Shown here in pieces: positions 55,323-64,000 of a DNA stretch of 64,000 nucleotides. Location of the stretch: the IMG/VR virus record IMGVR_UViG_3300030098_000945, positions 5,713-69,712 of that record. One strand, given 5' to 3'. The stretch's first letter is position 1. The number at the start of each line of letters is the position of its first letter. Source of the stretch: a virus. Position numbers and translations under genes: made by a program. The notes beneath the pieces were generated by a model that was not told the DNA's origin, searched no databases, and worked only from the letters and a program-made list of their open reading frames with translations.

Positions 55323-55546
55323 AGAGTTTTATTAGAGTGTATGATGGGTCAACTAGACACCACCCAATAAAATAAGGGTTATTTTATACGCATAATTGTC
55401 AACTAAAATTATACAATTTAAGAAAGAAAATGTTATATAACAATAACAATTTAACGAAATGGCGTTAGGTTCAAATCCTGCCGCCCCGACCATTTAAGCG
55501 TTGGTAATCAACACTTATTTTTTTTCTTAGAGTGAAACTGAGAGTG
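55323..55546. other. attP of unit B: AGAGT arm repeats around a tRNA-Pro 3'-end core (55467-55492)
   Basis: AGGTTCAAATCCTGCCGCCCCGACCA is a T arm + acceptor strand + CCA, with no 5' tRNA half. Confidence 0.85.
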
Positions 55547-55556
55547 AATTATTAAA

Positions 55557-55588
55557 GAGGGGAATTAATTTTCCCCTCCTTTTTTTTT
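55557..55588 (+). terminator. Intrinsic terminator GAGGGGAA/TTCCCCTC + T-tract
   Basis: Downstream of the tRNA 3' fragment; would end the reconstituted host tRNA transcript. Confidence 0.75.
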
Positions 55589-55593
55589 GCGTG

Positions 55594-56031
55594 TTATAAA
55601 CCTTTGCCAAAAGTGCTTTCGTATGACAATTCTCTTTCGAGTTTAGGGAGTATTGGTCTATATCTTGCTTGTAGTTTTCTTTCCTCCTCAATGTTTTTAT
55701 CTACTTTAGCAAAATGCTTTAATATCATTTCGTGGTATTGTTTATTAATTTTATCCAACACCTCTTCTGGATTGCTATTAAAGATTATGTTGATGTCATA
55801 ACCTTCCTTTTTTAAAAGTAAAAATAGCTTATCCGATGCAATACCATTGTGCGTTTTTTCAACTTTTTGTATTTGTTGGAACGTGCAGCCAATAGCTTTT
55901 GCGTGTTGTGTTTGGTTCTTCCGTCTTGGCAATTTAGATTGTGTACCATTACCATTATCTACAACTTTATCTAAGAACCTAAATGCAAAGAGAAACTTTG
56001 CAATCTTTCCTTTATAATGTAGCGCATCCAT
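55594..56031 (-). CDS. XRE-family HTH protein
   Basis: IGCTFQQIQKVEK; homologue of 17030. Confidence 0.7.
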   Translation of the reverse strand: MDALHYKGKIAKFLFAFRFLDKVVDNGNGTQSKLPRRKNQTQHAKAIGCTFQQIQKVEKTHNGIASDKLFLLLKKEGYDINIIFNSNPEEVLDKINKQYHEMILKHFAKVDKNIEEERKLQARYRPILPKLERELSYESTFGKGL

Positions 56032-56033
56032 AT

Positions 56034-57179
56034 TTATCCTCTTATTAGATTGTTAATGGCAGCTTTTCTTTTTGGTCTATTCATATCCAAATCCCTCTGA
56101 TACCATCTTCCAAAAGTATTTAAGTTTAACCAGCCATACCTATCCATAAATTGTTTGTCGGTTAGGAATTGCTGATCTCTTACTAGAGAGGAGTTGAATT
56201 TTCTAAATACAGAGAAACCACCTTGCCATTTAATGCCAAGTCTTTTAGTTACCCTGGTTAATCTTTTATAAACTCTGTCTTTGGTTAAATTATTAAATAC
56301 TCTTCTGTGTTGTTTTGTTTTAGTTATGAATCTTGATTTTAAATAAATCTTAAATAGGTTTAATAATTCATCTGATATTTCTACTCTTCTTCTTGATGTT
56401 CTTGTCTTTAAAAAGTTAGCTCTAAAGTTAGACCAACGATCCAATGAGTGTCTAAAGAATACAGTACCCTCATTATAATCAATGTCATCTTCACAAATGG
56501 CTACTGCTTCATTGGTTCTACAACCCGTTTCAGCACCCAATCTATATAAACATTTATCCCTTAAATTTTTTTCGCTTTCTATAAGTTTAACCACATCGGC
56601 ATAAGAGGGTAGAATAATATCTTTAGGTGTATCGCCAAATGTATTTTTATTAAATTCAAAATCTAATATATCTAAGTCAACTTTCCATTTATGTTTCTTG
56701 CAAAACTTTAAAAACTTCTTAAATTCGCCAACGCATTCCTTAACTACCTTTTTACCTATAGTTTCAGTAGATCTACCACCCTCGCTATCAAATATGTATT
56801 TCTTGGAGCGTAGGAGCTTTTTAAGGGTATATCCCTCAAAATCTGATGCGAGGTACTGGTGTAGGTACGTTTTATTAATATACGGCTGGATATGGTGCTT
56901 AATATAGCCAACTTGTACTCTATTATACTCTTCCGTATTTAATTCATTGCTTAATACAGATTTAACATAAAGATCAAAAGCATCATCAAATTTAATCTTA
57001 TCATCTGGACCCACTATATCTTCTGGGTTTAAACTTTTAATATAAACTTTAGCTTGTCTCTTTTGGTTTAGTTCAAACTTAATGGTTTTACCTTTATGTC
57101 TTACAAAAAACTTTTTACCCGTATCGGTAATGGCTTGTATATTATAATGATTATTAATTTTAACTAACCAAAATTTCAT
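56034..57179 (-). CDS. int: Tyrosine integrase
   Basis: TGCRTNE, LKT, SVFR, YGW, WY; start reassigned to MKFWLV. Confidence 0.9.
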   Translation of the reverse strand: MKFWLVKINNHYNIQAITDTGKKFFVRHKGKTIKFELNQKRQAKVYIKSLNPEDIVGPDDKIKFDDAFDLYVKSVLSNELNTEEYNRVQVGYIKHHIQPYINKTYLHQYLASDFEGYTLKKLLRSKKYIFDSEGGRSTETIGKKVVKECVGEFKKFLKFCKKHKWKVDLDILDFEFNKNTFGDTPKDIILPSYADVVKLIESEKNLRDKCLYRLGAETGCRTNEAVAICEDDIDYNEGTVFFRHSLDRWSNFRANFLKTRTSRRRVEISDELLNLFKIYLKSRFITKTKQHRRVFNNLTKDRVYKRLTRVTKRLGIKWQGGFSVFRKFNSSLVRDQQFLTDKQFMDRYGWLNLNTFGRWYQRDLDMNRPKRKAAINNLIRG

Positions 57180-57180
57180 T

Positions 57181-57489
57181 TTAAGTATAGGAACTAAAAT
57201 CATCTACTGAATAAAAATATTTGTTAATATCTTTATATTTTATTTTACAAAGTTGAGACCAATATTGGATTGCTTCAGCTCTACCCCATTCTCCAATTTT
57301 ATTCCATTTACCACAATTTTTAGGTGGAACACGATCTCCGAAACAATAAATATCCATAGTAATTCTAAAAAATTCAAGTACGTTTTTTACATAAAGTTTA
57401 AAAGAATCTTTACCTTTATATTTATGTTTATAGAAAGCAAACATAGCTTTCATATCTTTATCTTTCTTCATTGCTTCTAGTTTTTTCAT
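57181..57489 (-). CDS. Hypothetical early protein
   Basis: ORF track; no counterpart in unit A. Confidence 0.55.
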   Translation of the reverse strand: MKKLEAMKKDKDMKAMFAFYKHKYKGKDSFKLYVKNVLEFFRITMDIYCFGDRVPPKNCGKWNKIGEWGRAEAIQYWSQLCKIKYKDINKYFYSVDDFSSYT

Positions 57490-57701
57490 CTATGCCCCTT
57501 ATAAGTTATGCCTAAATTACTGTAGCCTTGTACTAATTTAGTCCAAGTCTTATTTGATGTAACTCTTTTATGAACTAAATTAGTATGCGCTGCTGGAATA
57601 TCCTTCCATTGAAAACCAAAACCTGGTCCATAGGCATTGTCATAAGTATAAAAAGAAGAGTATTGCTTTTTATTCTTTACTATATCTTTATTTAATTTCA
57701 T
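57486..57701 (-). CDS. Hypothetical early protein
   Basis: Preceded by the junction repeat. Confidence 0.6.
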   Translation of the reverse strand: MKLNKDIVKNKKQYSSFYTYDNAYGPGFGFQWKDIPAAHTNLVHKRVTSNKTWTKLVQGYSNLGITYKGHR

Positions 57702-57934
57702 TACGCAGCTCCTTTACTGAAACCAAGTTTCTTTAATTTATTGATTATTTTTTTATCGGAAGTTTCAATATAAAAATTATGGTAATCGTCATCTTCTCCA
57801 CCATCCTTTTTTACACCTAACTTTTTAAAATCTTTAAATAATTTTTCTAAAGATTTTAAGTGGTTAAAAATATTTGAATATGATTTGCAATGTGTAAATT
57901 CAAATTTAAACCTTATTGTGTTTTCTAACTTCAT
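57701..57934 (-). CDS. Hypothetical early protein (ends KGAA)
   Basis: Junction repeat on both sides. Confidence 0.6.
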   Translation of the reverse strand: MKLENTIRFKFEFTHCKSYSNIFNHLKSLEKLFKDFKKLGVKKDGGEDDDYHNFYIETSDKKIINKLKKLGFSKGAA

Positions 57935-58131
57935 TACGCAGCTCTCTTTCTGTTAGATTTTAAATATTTTTTTAAATCTTTAATCATAAGAGATGCTATT
58001 CCAGCAGTATGATTTCCAGGTATTTTTTTTAAGATTTTATCTTTTTCAATATCTTTCATTAAACGATTAAATCTTAATTCATATTTAGTTATTGTTTTTT
58101 GCATTGTTTCTCCTTTTTTTTTATTTAACAT
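57934..58131 (-). CDS. Hypothetical early protein (ends KRAA)
   Basis: First gene after the leftward promoter. Confidence 0.6.
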   Translation of the reverse strand: MLNKKKGETMQKTITKYELRFNRLMKDIEKDKILKKIPGNHTAGIASLMIKDLKKYLKSNRKRAA

Positions 58132-58140
58132 TATGGAACC

Positions 58141-58211
58141 AGATTATTAAATCGTTGCTAATCTGTCAATAAGAAAAATGGATATAAATAAATTAATTGA
58201 CAATTTGGCTT
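58141..58211 (-). promoter_or_regulatory. Leftward early promoter TTGACA-N17-TAATCT with operators
   Basis: Operators 58155-58169 and 58197-58211. Confidence 0.7.
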
Positions 58212-58251
58212 TTTATCAAAAGAGCGTAGGGATACTGTACTACTTTCGTAG

Positions 58252-58268
58252 TTTAGAAAGATTATAAA
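58252..58268. promoter_or_regulatory. ICE/Irr-box-like palindrome TTTAGAA-AGA-TTATAAA
   Basis: Counterpart of 20089. Confidence 0.4.
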
Positions 58269-58276
58269 CTGCTAGA

Positions 58277-58474
58277 TTATAATTCTAGCTGTTTCTTCTC
58301 GTCTTTTAACAATAGTATATCTACTAAAGTTAAATGACTTTGTTTAGAAAGAGCAGAAATACCAGGATGGGTACTATCATCATTTAGAAGTCTCGTTATC
58401 TTTTGGTTTAGAGACTTTCTCTCTTTCTTTTTTATCTGGATTTTTTGCTCCAGATGTTGGTAGTGTGTTTGCAT
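58277..58474 (-). CDS. Small coiled-coil protein
   Basis: Homologue of 20114. Confidence 0.6.
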   Translation of the reverse strand: MQTHYQHLEQKIQIKKKERKSLNQKITRLLNDDSTHPGISALSKQSHLTLVDILLLKDEKKQLEL

Positions 58475-58655
58475 TGGTGTCTACCTCCTTTATCCTTTGA
58501 AAATCGTAACTTAAAGTCTTGTTATCTATTACGATCTTAGCAGCTTCACTTGGCACACTAGCTTGGGAAGCCGTGTCTAAATCTTTAAATGTTTCAGTTG
58601 CTGAAAACGAAACAGATCCAGACCAGAATTTTTCAAACTTTTTACGGATGATCAT
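58380..58655 (-). CDS. Hypothetical protein
   Basis: Homologue of 20229. Confidence 0.65.
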   Translation of the reverse strand: MIIRKKFEKFWSGSVSFSATETFKDLDTASQASVPSEAAKIVIDNKTLSYDFQRIKEVDTNANTLPTSGAKNPDKKEREKVSKPKDNETSK

Positions 58656-58977
58656 ATAACATCCTATTATGTTCTTTTAATTCTTTGTTTTCTTTAAGAA
58701 GTTTTTTGTATTTTTCGTTGAGGAGATTGTAAGAAATTACTGAATTTATTAAATATCTTGATAAATCTATACTCTCTTCTAATGCTTCTTGCAACCAATA
58801 CTTTGCATTGGTCGGATCCTTCAACATCTTGTCTCGCATGGTAATTTTAAATTTATCCATACCTTCTTTATCCCTATCTAATATGCGAGAAATTAACTCG
58901 TTGGTATTAGCATCTGGAGATAAGTCTATTTGATTATCTGGATACTTCTTGCTTTGCCTGGTATTCTTTTCAGCCAT
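58642..58977 (-). CDS. All-alpha NTP-pyrophosphatase (MazG-like) candidate
   Basis: R...G..KF...WLQEALEESID...YL (EExxD); replaces DUF3310. Confidence 0.55.
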   Translation of the reverse strand: MAEKNTRQSKKYPDNQIDLSPDANTNELISRILDRDKEGMDKFKITMRDKMLKDPTNAKYWLQEALEESIDLSRYLINSVISYNLLNEKYKKLLKENKELKEHNRMLYDHP

Positions 58978-59144
58978 CCTCTTTCCTCTAAGTTATTAAT
59001 ATAAACATTAACAGAATTTTTTGATTTTAAACCTACCGCCATCTTAATCTCATCGTAAGATGGCGATATGGTTTTCTTTGCAATATAACTTTTAATAAAC
59101 TTAAAAAGTTTTAGTTGCTTTTCAGTTAAGCCATATTGCTGCAT
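58926..59144 (-). CDS. LexA-like DNA-binding-domain-only protein
   Basis: Homologue of 20721. Confidence 0.8.
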   Translation of the reverse strand: MQQYGLTEKQLKLFKFIKSYIAKKTISPSYDEIKMAVGLKSKNSVNVYINNLEERGWLKRIPGKARSIQIIK

Positions 59145-59152
59145 TGTTTCCC

Positions 59153-59434
59153 CTAAAATTGATTTGCAAATCCATCATCTGCTGGCTTATCTCCGCCAGT
59201 TTTCTTGATGGTAATTTTCAAATCCTTATTTTCCTGGATGTAACAAGATGCTTCACACCAAACACCATTAATCGTAAAGTTCTTACGATAAGGTTTGCCT
59301 GATTTTTGATTTATCTTATCACTATCCACCAACACCAAGTCTGGTCTTTTATCTCCAGCTTGTTTGTCAGGGTTCCTTTTCATTGAAAAGGTTGCGATCC
59401 AATTAGGATCTTTTGGTTTTTGAAAGTCAGCCAT
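59153..59434 (-). CDS. Putative single-stranded DNA-binding protein
   Basis: Homologue of 20945. Confidence 0.55.
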   Translation of the reverse strand: MADFQKPKDPNWIATFSMKRNPDKQAGDKRPDLVLVDSDKINQKSGKPYRKNFTINGVWCEASCYIQENKDLKITIKKTGGDKPADDGFANQF

Positions 59435-59437
59435 ATA

Positions 59438-60022
59438 TTATCCTCCGTTAAATTGCTGTTTTCTATCTAAAAAGGATTTCACTAATGTTTGATACCTTTT
59501 TAAATCTTGTTTCTTTAGCTCTGCTAAAAAATTCTTATTTTGACTTGCTATCTGATCTAAGTTTGCTTGATGACTAGCGTTTTTAATTCTTTCTTCAATG
59601 ATGGTTGCTTGGTTTAAATCAACACCATTATTTTCATTATAATTTTGTTTCTTATTATCTAGTTCTACGTCTGAATAAACCTCTCCGTGAATACCAAGAG
59701 CTTTTAATATGGCTCTATCAACGCTGCGCTTTTCAGCTACTGCTACCGGATAGGGGAAATCGTTATTTAAAGGAGACACTTCTCCAAGTGAATAAAATGT
59801 TTTAGCATTATATTTAGCTCCAGCTTTAACTACTGCACAACCTTTTTCTAAATTACAATGTATTAAATTAATATCAGTTTCAATTCCGTATAAATTTGCT
59901 AACTTTTCTACCTCTAAATGTTTGATTGCATATTTATTCTTATCAATTTTCCACATTCCACCATTAACTTTTAATTTTTCAAGATAAGGTTTGAGCGTGT
60001 TTAAATGTATTACTTTAGACAT
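59438..60022 (-). CDS. Putative single-strand annealing recombinase
   Basis: Homologue of 21238. Confidence 0.6.
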   Translation of the reverse strand: MSKVIHLNTLKPYLEKLKVNGGMWKIDKNKYAIKHLEVEKLANLYGIETDINLIHCNLEKGCAVVKAGAKYNAKTFYSLGEVSPLNNDFPYPVAVAEKRSVDRAILKALGIHGEVYSDVELDNKKQNYNENNGVDLNQATIIEERIKNASHQANLDQIASQNKNFLAELKKQDLKRYQTLVKSFLDRKQQFNGG

Positions 60023-60269
60023 AAAACCTTTCTGATAGCCAGATGTATGAATGAAGGGAAAGATTACTGCCGTAATAAAAACCCTTGTCTAACATCTCTG
60101 TCAAACGCATCTGGCTACCATCATTAGTAAAGAGATGACTTATAACTAAGAGGGAGATAAGAAAAACAATCAATATAAGGAGCAAACCTTTTGATTTGTT
60201 TTTTTCCTTCACTAATTTTTTTTTAAGCAGCCACATTTGAGGATTAATCATTGAGTTATCTTCTCTCAT
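60015..60269 (-). CDS. Small TM protein overlapping a structured RNA
   Basis: Homologue of 21815. Confidence 0.55.
   Translation of the reverse strand: MREDNSMINPQMWLLKKKLVKEKNKSKGLLLILIVFLISLLVISHLFTNDGSQMRLTEMLDKGFYYGSNLSLHSYIWLSERFYV
60034..60119 (-). ncRNA. Conserved three-way-junction RNA element
   Basis: Covaries with 21834-21919; GAGA and GGCA tetraloops. Confidence 0.7.
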
Positions 60270-61192
60270 ACCAAACCCCATAGTTTCATTGCTGCTTGCT
60301 TGTGATCCCCTAAACCATTCCAAAAGAAATGTTCAAAATCACACGGAATATCTTGATGCCAGGTAGTTTTGCCAGCGTGGTTTTCCATAACTCTTTCTCT
60401 ACGTTTAGCAGTAAGAGCCATTTGATTTAATTTTAGTTTTAAATTTTCTGGTTTTAAATCATCGCAGTTATCAGGTGTAAAAACATTATAACCTTTTTCA
60501 GAAAGAACTAATAAGTGTGGTTTCTTTTTTGTGGCTAACCAATAAAAAGCAACTTGTAAAATATGATCTTGCCAACCTAAATAACCTTCATCTATTTTAG
60601 GTAAAGAATAATTAGATGTACCATCTTTTTTGGGTCTATTCTTTTTTCGCCATTTAGTTTTAATTTCAACAAAATTATTTTTATCTTCTATGTCTATTCT
60701 GCCAATGCAAGGTAAAATACAATTAGGTAATTCTAAGCTAACCGATCTTTCGCATTCAGTTGGTTCCTTTAAACCAATTTCTTTTAAAGCATATTTTAAT
60801 TGTTGAAATGTTAATGCTAAACCATGTCTATTTATATCGTGTTGTTCTTTATCTTTGTCATCTACCGGATCATATAAATTAAATTTTTCTATAACTTTAT
60901 CAAAAACTTTTCTTTGAGGTGGAATTTCTTTTTTAACTAAACCTTTTCCTTTAACATAATCCCAAATATAATTACCAAATTGTAGTTGCGCCATATCGCC
61001 AATACAAACTCCACTAAACATTTTAGAATTTATAGGCAGCTCACGTCTTTCTTCTTGGGATAGGTATAAATATTTATAACCCCAAATATCATCATTGGAA
61101 TTTAATTGGGATGGTGAGTGATGATTAATGCCGTAAAGCTCAACCCATTTAGGTAATTCTTTTATATTGTCTAAAAAATCGTCTTTTTCCAT
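60266..61192 (-). CDS. PD-(D/E)XK exonuclease
   Basis: Homologue of 22066. Confidence 0.8.
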   Translation of the reverse strand: MEKDDFLDNIKELPKWVELYGINHHSPSQLNSNDDIWGYKYLYLSQEERRELPINSKMFSGVCIGDMAQLQFGNYIWDYVKGKGLVKKEIPPQRKVFDKVIEKFNLYDPVDDKDKEQHDINRHGLALTFQQLKYALKEIGLKEPTECERSVSLELPNCILPCIGRIDIEDKNNFVEIKTKWRKKNRPKKDGTSNYSLPKIDEGYLGWQDHILQVAFYWLATKKKPHLLVLSEKGYNVFTPDNCDDLKPENLKLKLNQMALTAKRRERVMENHAGKTTWHQDIPCDFEHFFWNGLGDHKQAAMKLWGLV

Positions 61193-61217
61193 AAACCGAA
61201 TCAATAGATTCTTTTTG

Positions 61218-61232
61218 GAACATTATATGAAC
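61218..61232. promoter_or_regulatory. LexA box GAAC-ATTATAT-GAAC
   Basis: Same position as 23024. Confidence 0.7.
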
Positions 61233-61292
61233 TTTGTCAATACAAAATATGGATATATCCATAGAGGTATGGATATTGGGAATTATGGATAT

Positions 61293-61967
61293 TTATAACA
61301 AATCTGGGTTGTATTTAGCTTTGACGGGTACGCAAATATCTATGTCTTTAATATTAACTTTTTTACAATTTTCATTTACTGGTTCTTTAGTTAAAGGATT
61401 TATAATAACCATTGAGCCATCTTCGTTAGCTCTTACAATTCCAATAGTTTCATTATTTTTACCAGTTTGTTTTTTCCAAGATTTTGAGCAAGTTACATAA
61501 CAAAGATTATGTACTGAAAACTTTGAAAATCTATCTGCTTTTTTTTTAGGAAAATCAAATAAAAATATTTCTCTATGTAAAAAATTACCTGGTATATTTA
61601 CTTGAACGGCTTTAACATTGGTTTTATAAAACTCAAAAGGAATAGGAACCTCAAATTGTTCTTCCTTTGAAAGAGTTTTAACTATAAATTTATTATCAAT
61701 ATATTTATCCAATACTATTTCTTGTCTTGGCTGAAATACCTCTACTGGATGAACATTTAAAACTTTAGCAATCTTAATAGCATTATCCCAAGTAATCTCA
61801 CGGCTATTCTTGGACCAACGATTGATTGTAGTTTTATCACGTTTTAACGCAGTACCCAATTCTGCTTGGGTCATGTGTTTAGAATCTAATAATCTTTTTA
61901 ATTCAGCCATAGTTTCTTGTTGATGTGTATTATTTATAATACGCAGTTCTGGTTTATTTATTGTCAT
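61293..61967 (-). CDS. cI: CI-like repressor
   Basis: Recognition helix identical to 23099; start reassigned. Confidence 0.8.
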   Translation of the reverse strand: MTINKPELRIINNTHQQETMAELKRLLDSKHMTQAELGTALKRDKTTINRWSKNSREITWDNAIKIAKVLNVHPVEVFQPRQEIVLDKYIDNKFIVKTLSKEEQFEVPIPFEFYKTNVKAVQVNIPGNFLHREIFLFDFPKKKADRFSKFSVHNLCYVTCSKSWKKQTGKNNETIGIVRANEDGSMVIINPLTKEPVNENCKKVNIKDIDICVPVKAKYNPDLL

Positions 61968-62118
61968 ATTGTCAATTAATAGTATATAGGGAAATAAAAG
62001 CAAGAACTATTTATAAGTTCTTATCAAAGTTGCATAAATCTTAGGTTTTATACCACAATATCCACATCAAATATGGATATTTACTTGTCAAATTGGTAAT
62101 TATCCATATAAGGAAATC

Positions 62119-62316
62119 ATGCAATTAGAAACATTTAGAAAATCAAAAAATCTATCACATAAAAAGCTAGCTGAATTTTTAGGAATTAAAGGCACATCTC
62201 CTGGATCAACAGTATTTCGTTGGTGCAATAAGGAGAGAATACCTAGACCAGAGTTTATGAAACTGATCTCCCAAAAGACAAAAGGAAAAGTCAAACCTTC
62301 TAGCTTTTATGAGTAG
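62119..62316 (+). CDS. cro: Cro-like HTH protein
   Basis: Homologue of 23923. Confidence 0.8.
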   Translation: MQLETFRKSKNLSHKKLAEFLGIKGTSPGSTVFRWCNKERIPRPEFMKLISQKTKGKVKPSSFYE

Positions 62317-62596
62317 AAAGAAAAAGAAACTAACAGGAACCATTGATGATTATCCGTTTGTTGAAGTTAAGTGGCTTGATTGTTTGGCTAGCAACGAGTG
62401 GATGTCAATCTCTAAAGCAATACGAATTAAACCCGCTGTCTGCTATAGTAAAGGTTATCAATTACTCAAAACAAGAGAAAAAATCACAATCTTTGCCGAC
62501 TATTCCATAGATGATGATGGAACGCTTGAAGTAGGAAATCTAAATACAATTCCTGGTGCTTGGGTTCAAGAGGTTACGGAGATAGTGATTAAATGA
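62309..62596 (+). CDS. Conserved phage protein
   Basis: Homologue of 24113. Confidence 0.7.
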   Translation: MSRKKKKLTGTIDDYPFVEVKWLDCLASNEWMSISKAIRIKPAVCYSKGYQLLKTREKITIFADYSIDDDGTLEVGNLNTIPGAWVQEVTEIVIK

Positions 62597-63129
62597 AAAC
62601 AAGCTCTGCTTTAGCTTATGTTGGACACAACTCAAAAGGAAATAGGGTAAAAAATGACTTTTATCCAACTCCTCCAGAGGCGACTCAATCTTTATTAGAT
62701 AGAGAAAATTTTAATGGAAATATTTGGGAATGCGCTTGCGGGGATGGCTCTATGTCTAAAGTTATGATTGATAAAGGTTATGAAGTTTATAGCTCTGATT
62801 TAATAGATAGAGGTTATGGGGAAACTGGTATTGATTTTTTAAAATCTGATAAAAAGTTTGATAACATTATTACAAATCCACCATTTAATCTTTCAACTGA
62901 ATTTACAATAAGAGCGTTAAAACAAGCCAATAATCAAGTGGCTATGCTTAATAAATTATCTTTTTTAGAAGGATTAAAAAGAAAAGAATTGGTTTTTTTT
63001 CAAAAAAAATTAAAAAAAATTTGGATATTTTCTAGAAGAATTAAATTTGGTGGAAATGGATTAATGGCTTTTGCCTGGTTTATTTTTGATAAAAATTATA
63101 ACGGATTACCCGAGGTTGATTGGATATGA
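62593..63129 (+). CDS. Orphan DNA amino-methyltransferase (unit B only)
   Basis: DFYPTP, WECACGDG (SAM-binding), ITNPPF (catalytic). Confidence 0.85.
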   Translation: MKTSSALAYVGHNSKGNRVKNDFYPTPPEATQSLLDRENFNGNIWECACGDGSMSKVMIDKGYEVYSSDLIDRGYGETGIDFLKSDKKFDNIITNPPFNLSTEFTIRALKQANNQVAMLNKLSFLEGLKRKELVFFQKKLKKIWIFSRRIKFGGNGLMAFAWFIFDKNYNGLPEVDWI

Positions 63130-63386
63130 AATATTTATTTTTATTTATTGTTGTAGCTTTAATTTTATTTCCAAAGGAAACACAAAATCAAACAATAGAT
63201 ATTTATAAGGTTGAGTGGGATAAATTTTGTAAAACTTATATGAAGTGGGTTAATAAATATCCAAAAGCTCTAAGTGCTGGTTGTTGCGATATAGATCATC
63301 CAAGTAATGATATTTTAAAGGAAGGTTGGGAAGGAGAGAGTTTATTGCTTTGTGGTTATTGCGATGGGGAGTTTTGTTATGGCTGA
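63126..63386 (+). CDS. Small exported protein
   Basis: Homologue of 24403. Confidence 0.6.
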   Translation: MKYLFLFIVVALILFPKETQNQTIDIYKVEWDKFCKTYMKWVNKYPKALSAGCCDIDHPSNDILKEGWEGESLLLCGYCDGEFCYG

Positions 63387-63603
63387 TATTTTAGATAAAA
63401 AAGATCAAGAAATTAAAAAACTTAATGAAGCTAATAAAAGATTAGTTGAAGAAAACTCTAACTTTCAAATAATTAGCAAGTCTCATAAGGAACTAAATGG
63501 GGATTTGCAAAAGAAGTTATCTGCTGCCGAATTTAGAATTAAGGAATTAGAAGTTAAATTAAAAGAACAACTTAATCAATTTAGGAATAAGGGAGAGCTT
63601 TAA
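63379..63603 (+). CDS. Coiled-coil protein
   Basis: Homologue of the 24630 C-terminus. Confidence 0.6.
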   Translation: MADILDKKDQEIKKLNEANKRLVEENSNFQIISKSHKELNGDLQKKLSAAEFRIKELEVKLKEQLNQFRNKGEL

Positions 63604-63678
63604 TGGATAAAATTTTTATCATTATCTTTTCTGGTTTATCTTTCATAGTTTTTTTATCAATTTATATGCTGGTGGTTA

Positions 63679-64000
63679 ATGGCTAGGGATATTTATTATA
63701 AGGATGTAAAGTTTTCAGCTTATTCTTTATGGCATAGAGCTTTACCGCAAAAGCTCGGAATGATTGACATTGATGGATGCGGAACTTGTTTAAAATGTAA
63801 AACTCCTTTGTATCTAGCTGAAACTGCTTTTGACGTTGGACAAACTTATAAAACAACTACAACTACAAAGAAATTAGCCGAATTAGCTGGTCTGCCAAGT
63901 TTCCTGGTTTTTTATAAGGTTGATGGCTCGTCTATTACGTCATTTAGAATTAAGCAGCTAACACCTTATAAGTCTGAGGAAATGTTTATGATGCCGGATG
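63679..64000 (+). CDS. Homologue of 24954-25340, truncated by window end
   Basis: MARDIYYKDVKFSAYSLWHRALPQKLG. Confidence 0.75.
   Translation, partial: MARDIYYKDVKFSAYSLWHRALPQKLGMIDIDGCGTCLKCKTPLYLAETAFDVGQTYKTTTTTKKLAELAGLPSFLVFYKVDGSSITSFRIKQLTPYKSEEMFMMPD

Larger units (their letters stand above)
27301..64000. mobile_element. Temperate podovirus genome unit B (near complete); left boundary uncertain
   Basis: TerL-portal-scaffold-capsid-tail tubes-ejection-tail fibre-lysis-attP-int-early genes; second copy of modules seen in unit A. Confidence 0.7.

Noticed and set aside
55467-55492. Complete tRNA gene
   Set aside because: Only the T arm and 3' acceptor strand are present; no D or anticodon arm upstream
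1-64000. Exact assembly duplication of one circular genome; CRISPR arrays; rRNA; host housekeeping genes
   Set aside because: The two units differ in gene content and sequence; no repeat-spacer array, rRNA or host gene was recognised

Overview
The whole window is AT-rich temperate podovirus DNA with no recognisable host genes. Gene order and content (Sf6-like TerS, TerL, T7-type portal, scaffold, capsid, tail tubes A/B, GNAT protein, ejection proteins, lectin tail proteins, GH24 lysozyme, tyrosine integrase) resemble HTVC010P-type Pelagibacter (SAR11) phages; this assignment is inference, not a database hit. Two related but clearly non-identical genomes lie head-to-tail with a period of about 38-39 kb (tail fibre 6601 vs 44541, attP core 16687 vs 55467, cro 23923 vs 62119). 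Unit A runs from 1 to somewhere between about 25.3 and 38.4 kb, and unit B continues to 64000, so the two units can be compared directly. The top candidate new system is in unit A: a putative ejection protein carries a RelA/SpoT-type alarmone-synthetase domain, and the linker just before it encodes, on the opposite strand, an 80-aa protein-like ORF with its own promoter, a likely nested antisense immunity gene. Other highlights: two apparently intact attP sites with identical arm geometry, one restoring a tRNA-Pro 3' end and the other degenerate but next to a complete phage tRNA-Pro; a covarying three-way-junction RNA in the recombination operon; a structured capsid leader RNA; a conserved LexA box paired with an apparently non-cleavable CI and a mini-LexA; and an Irr/ICE-like box.
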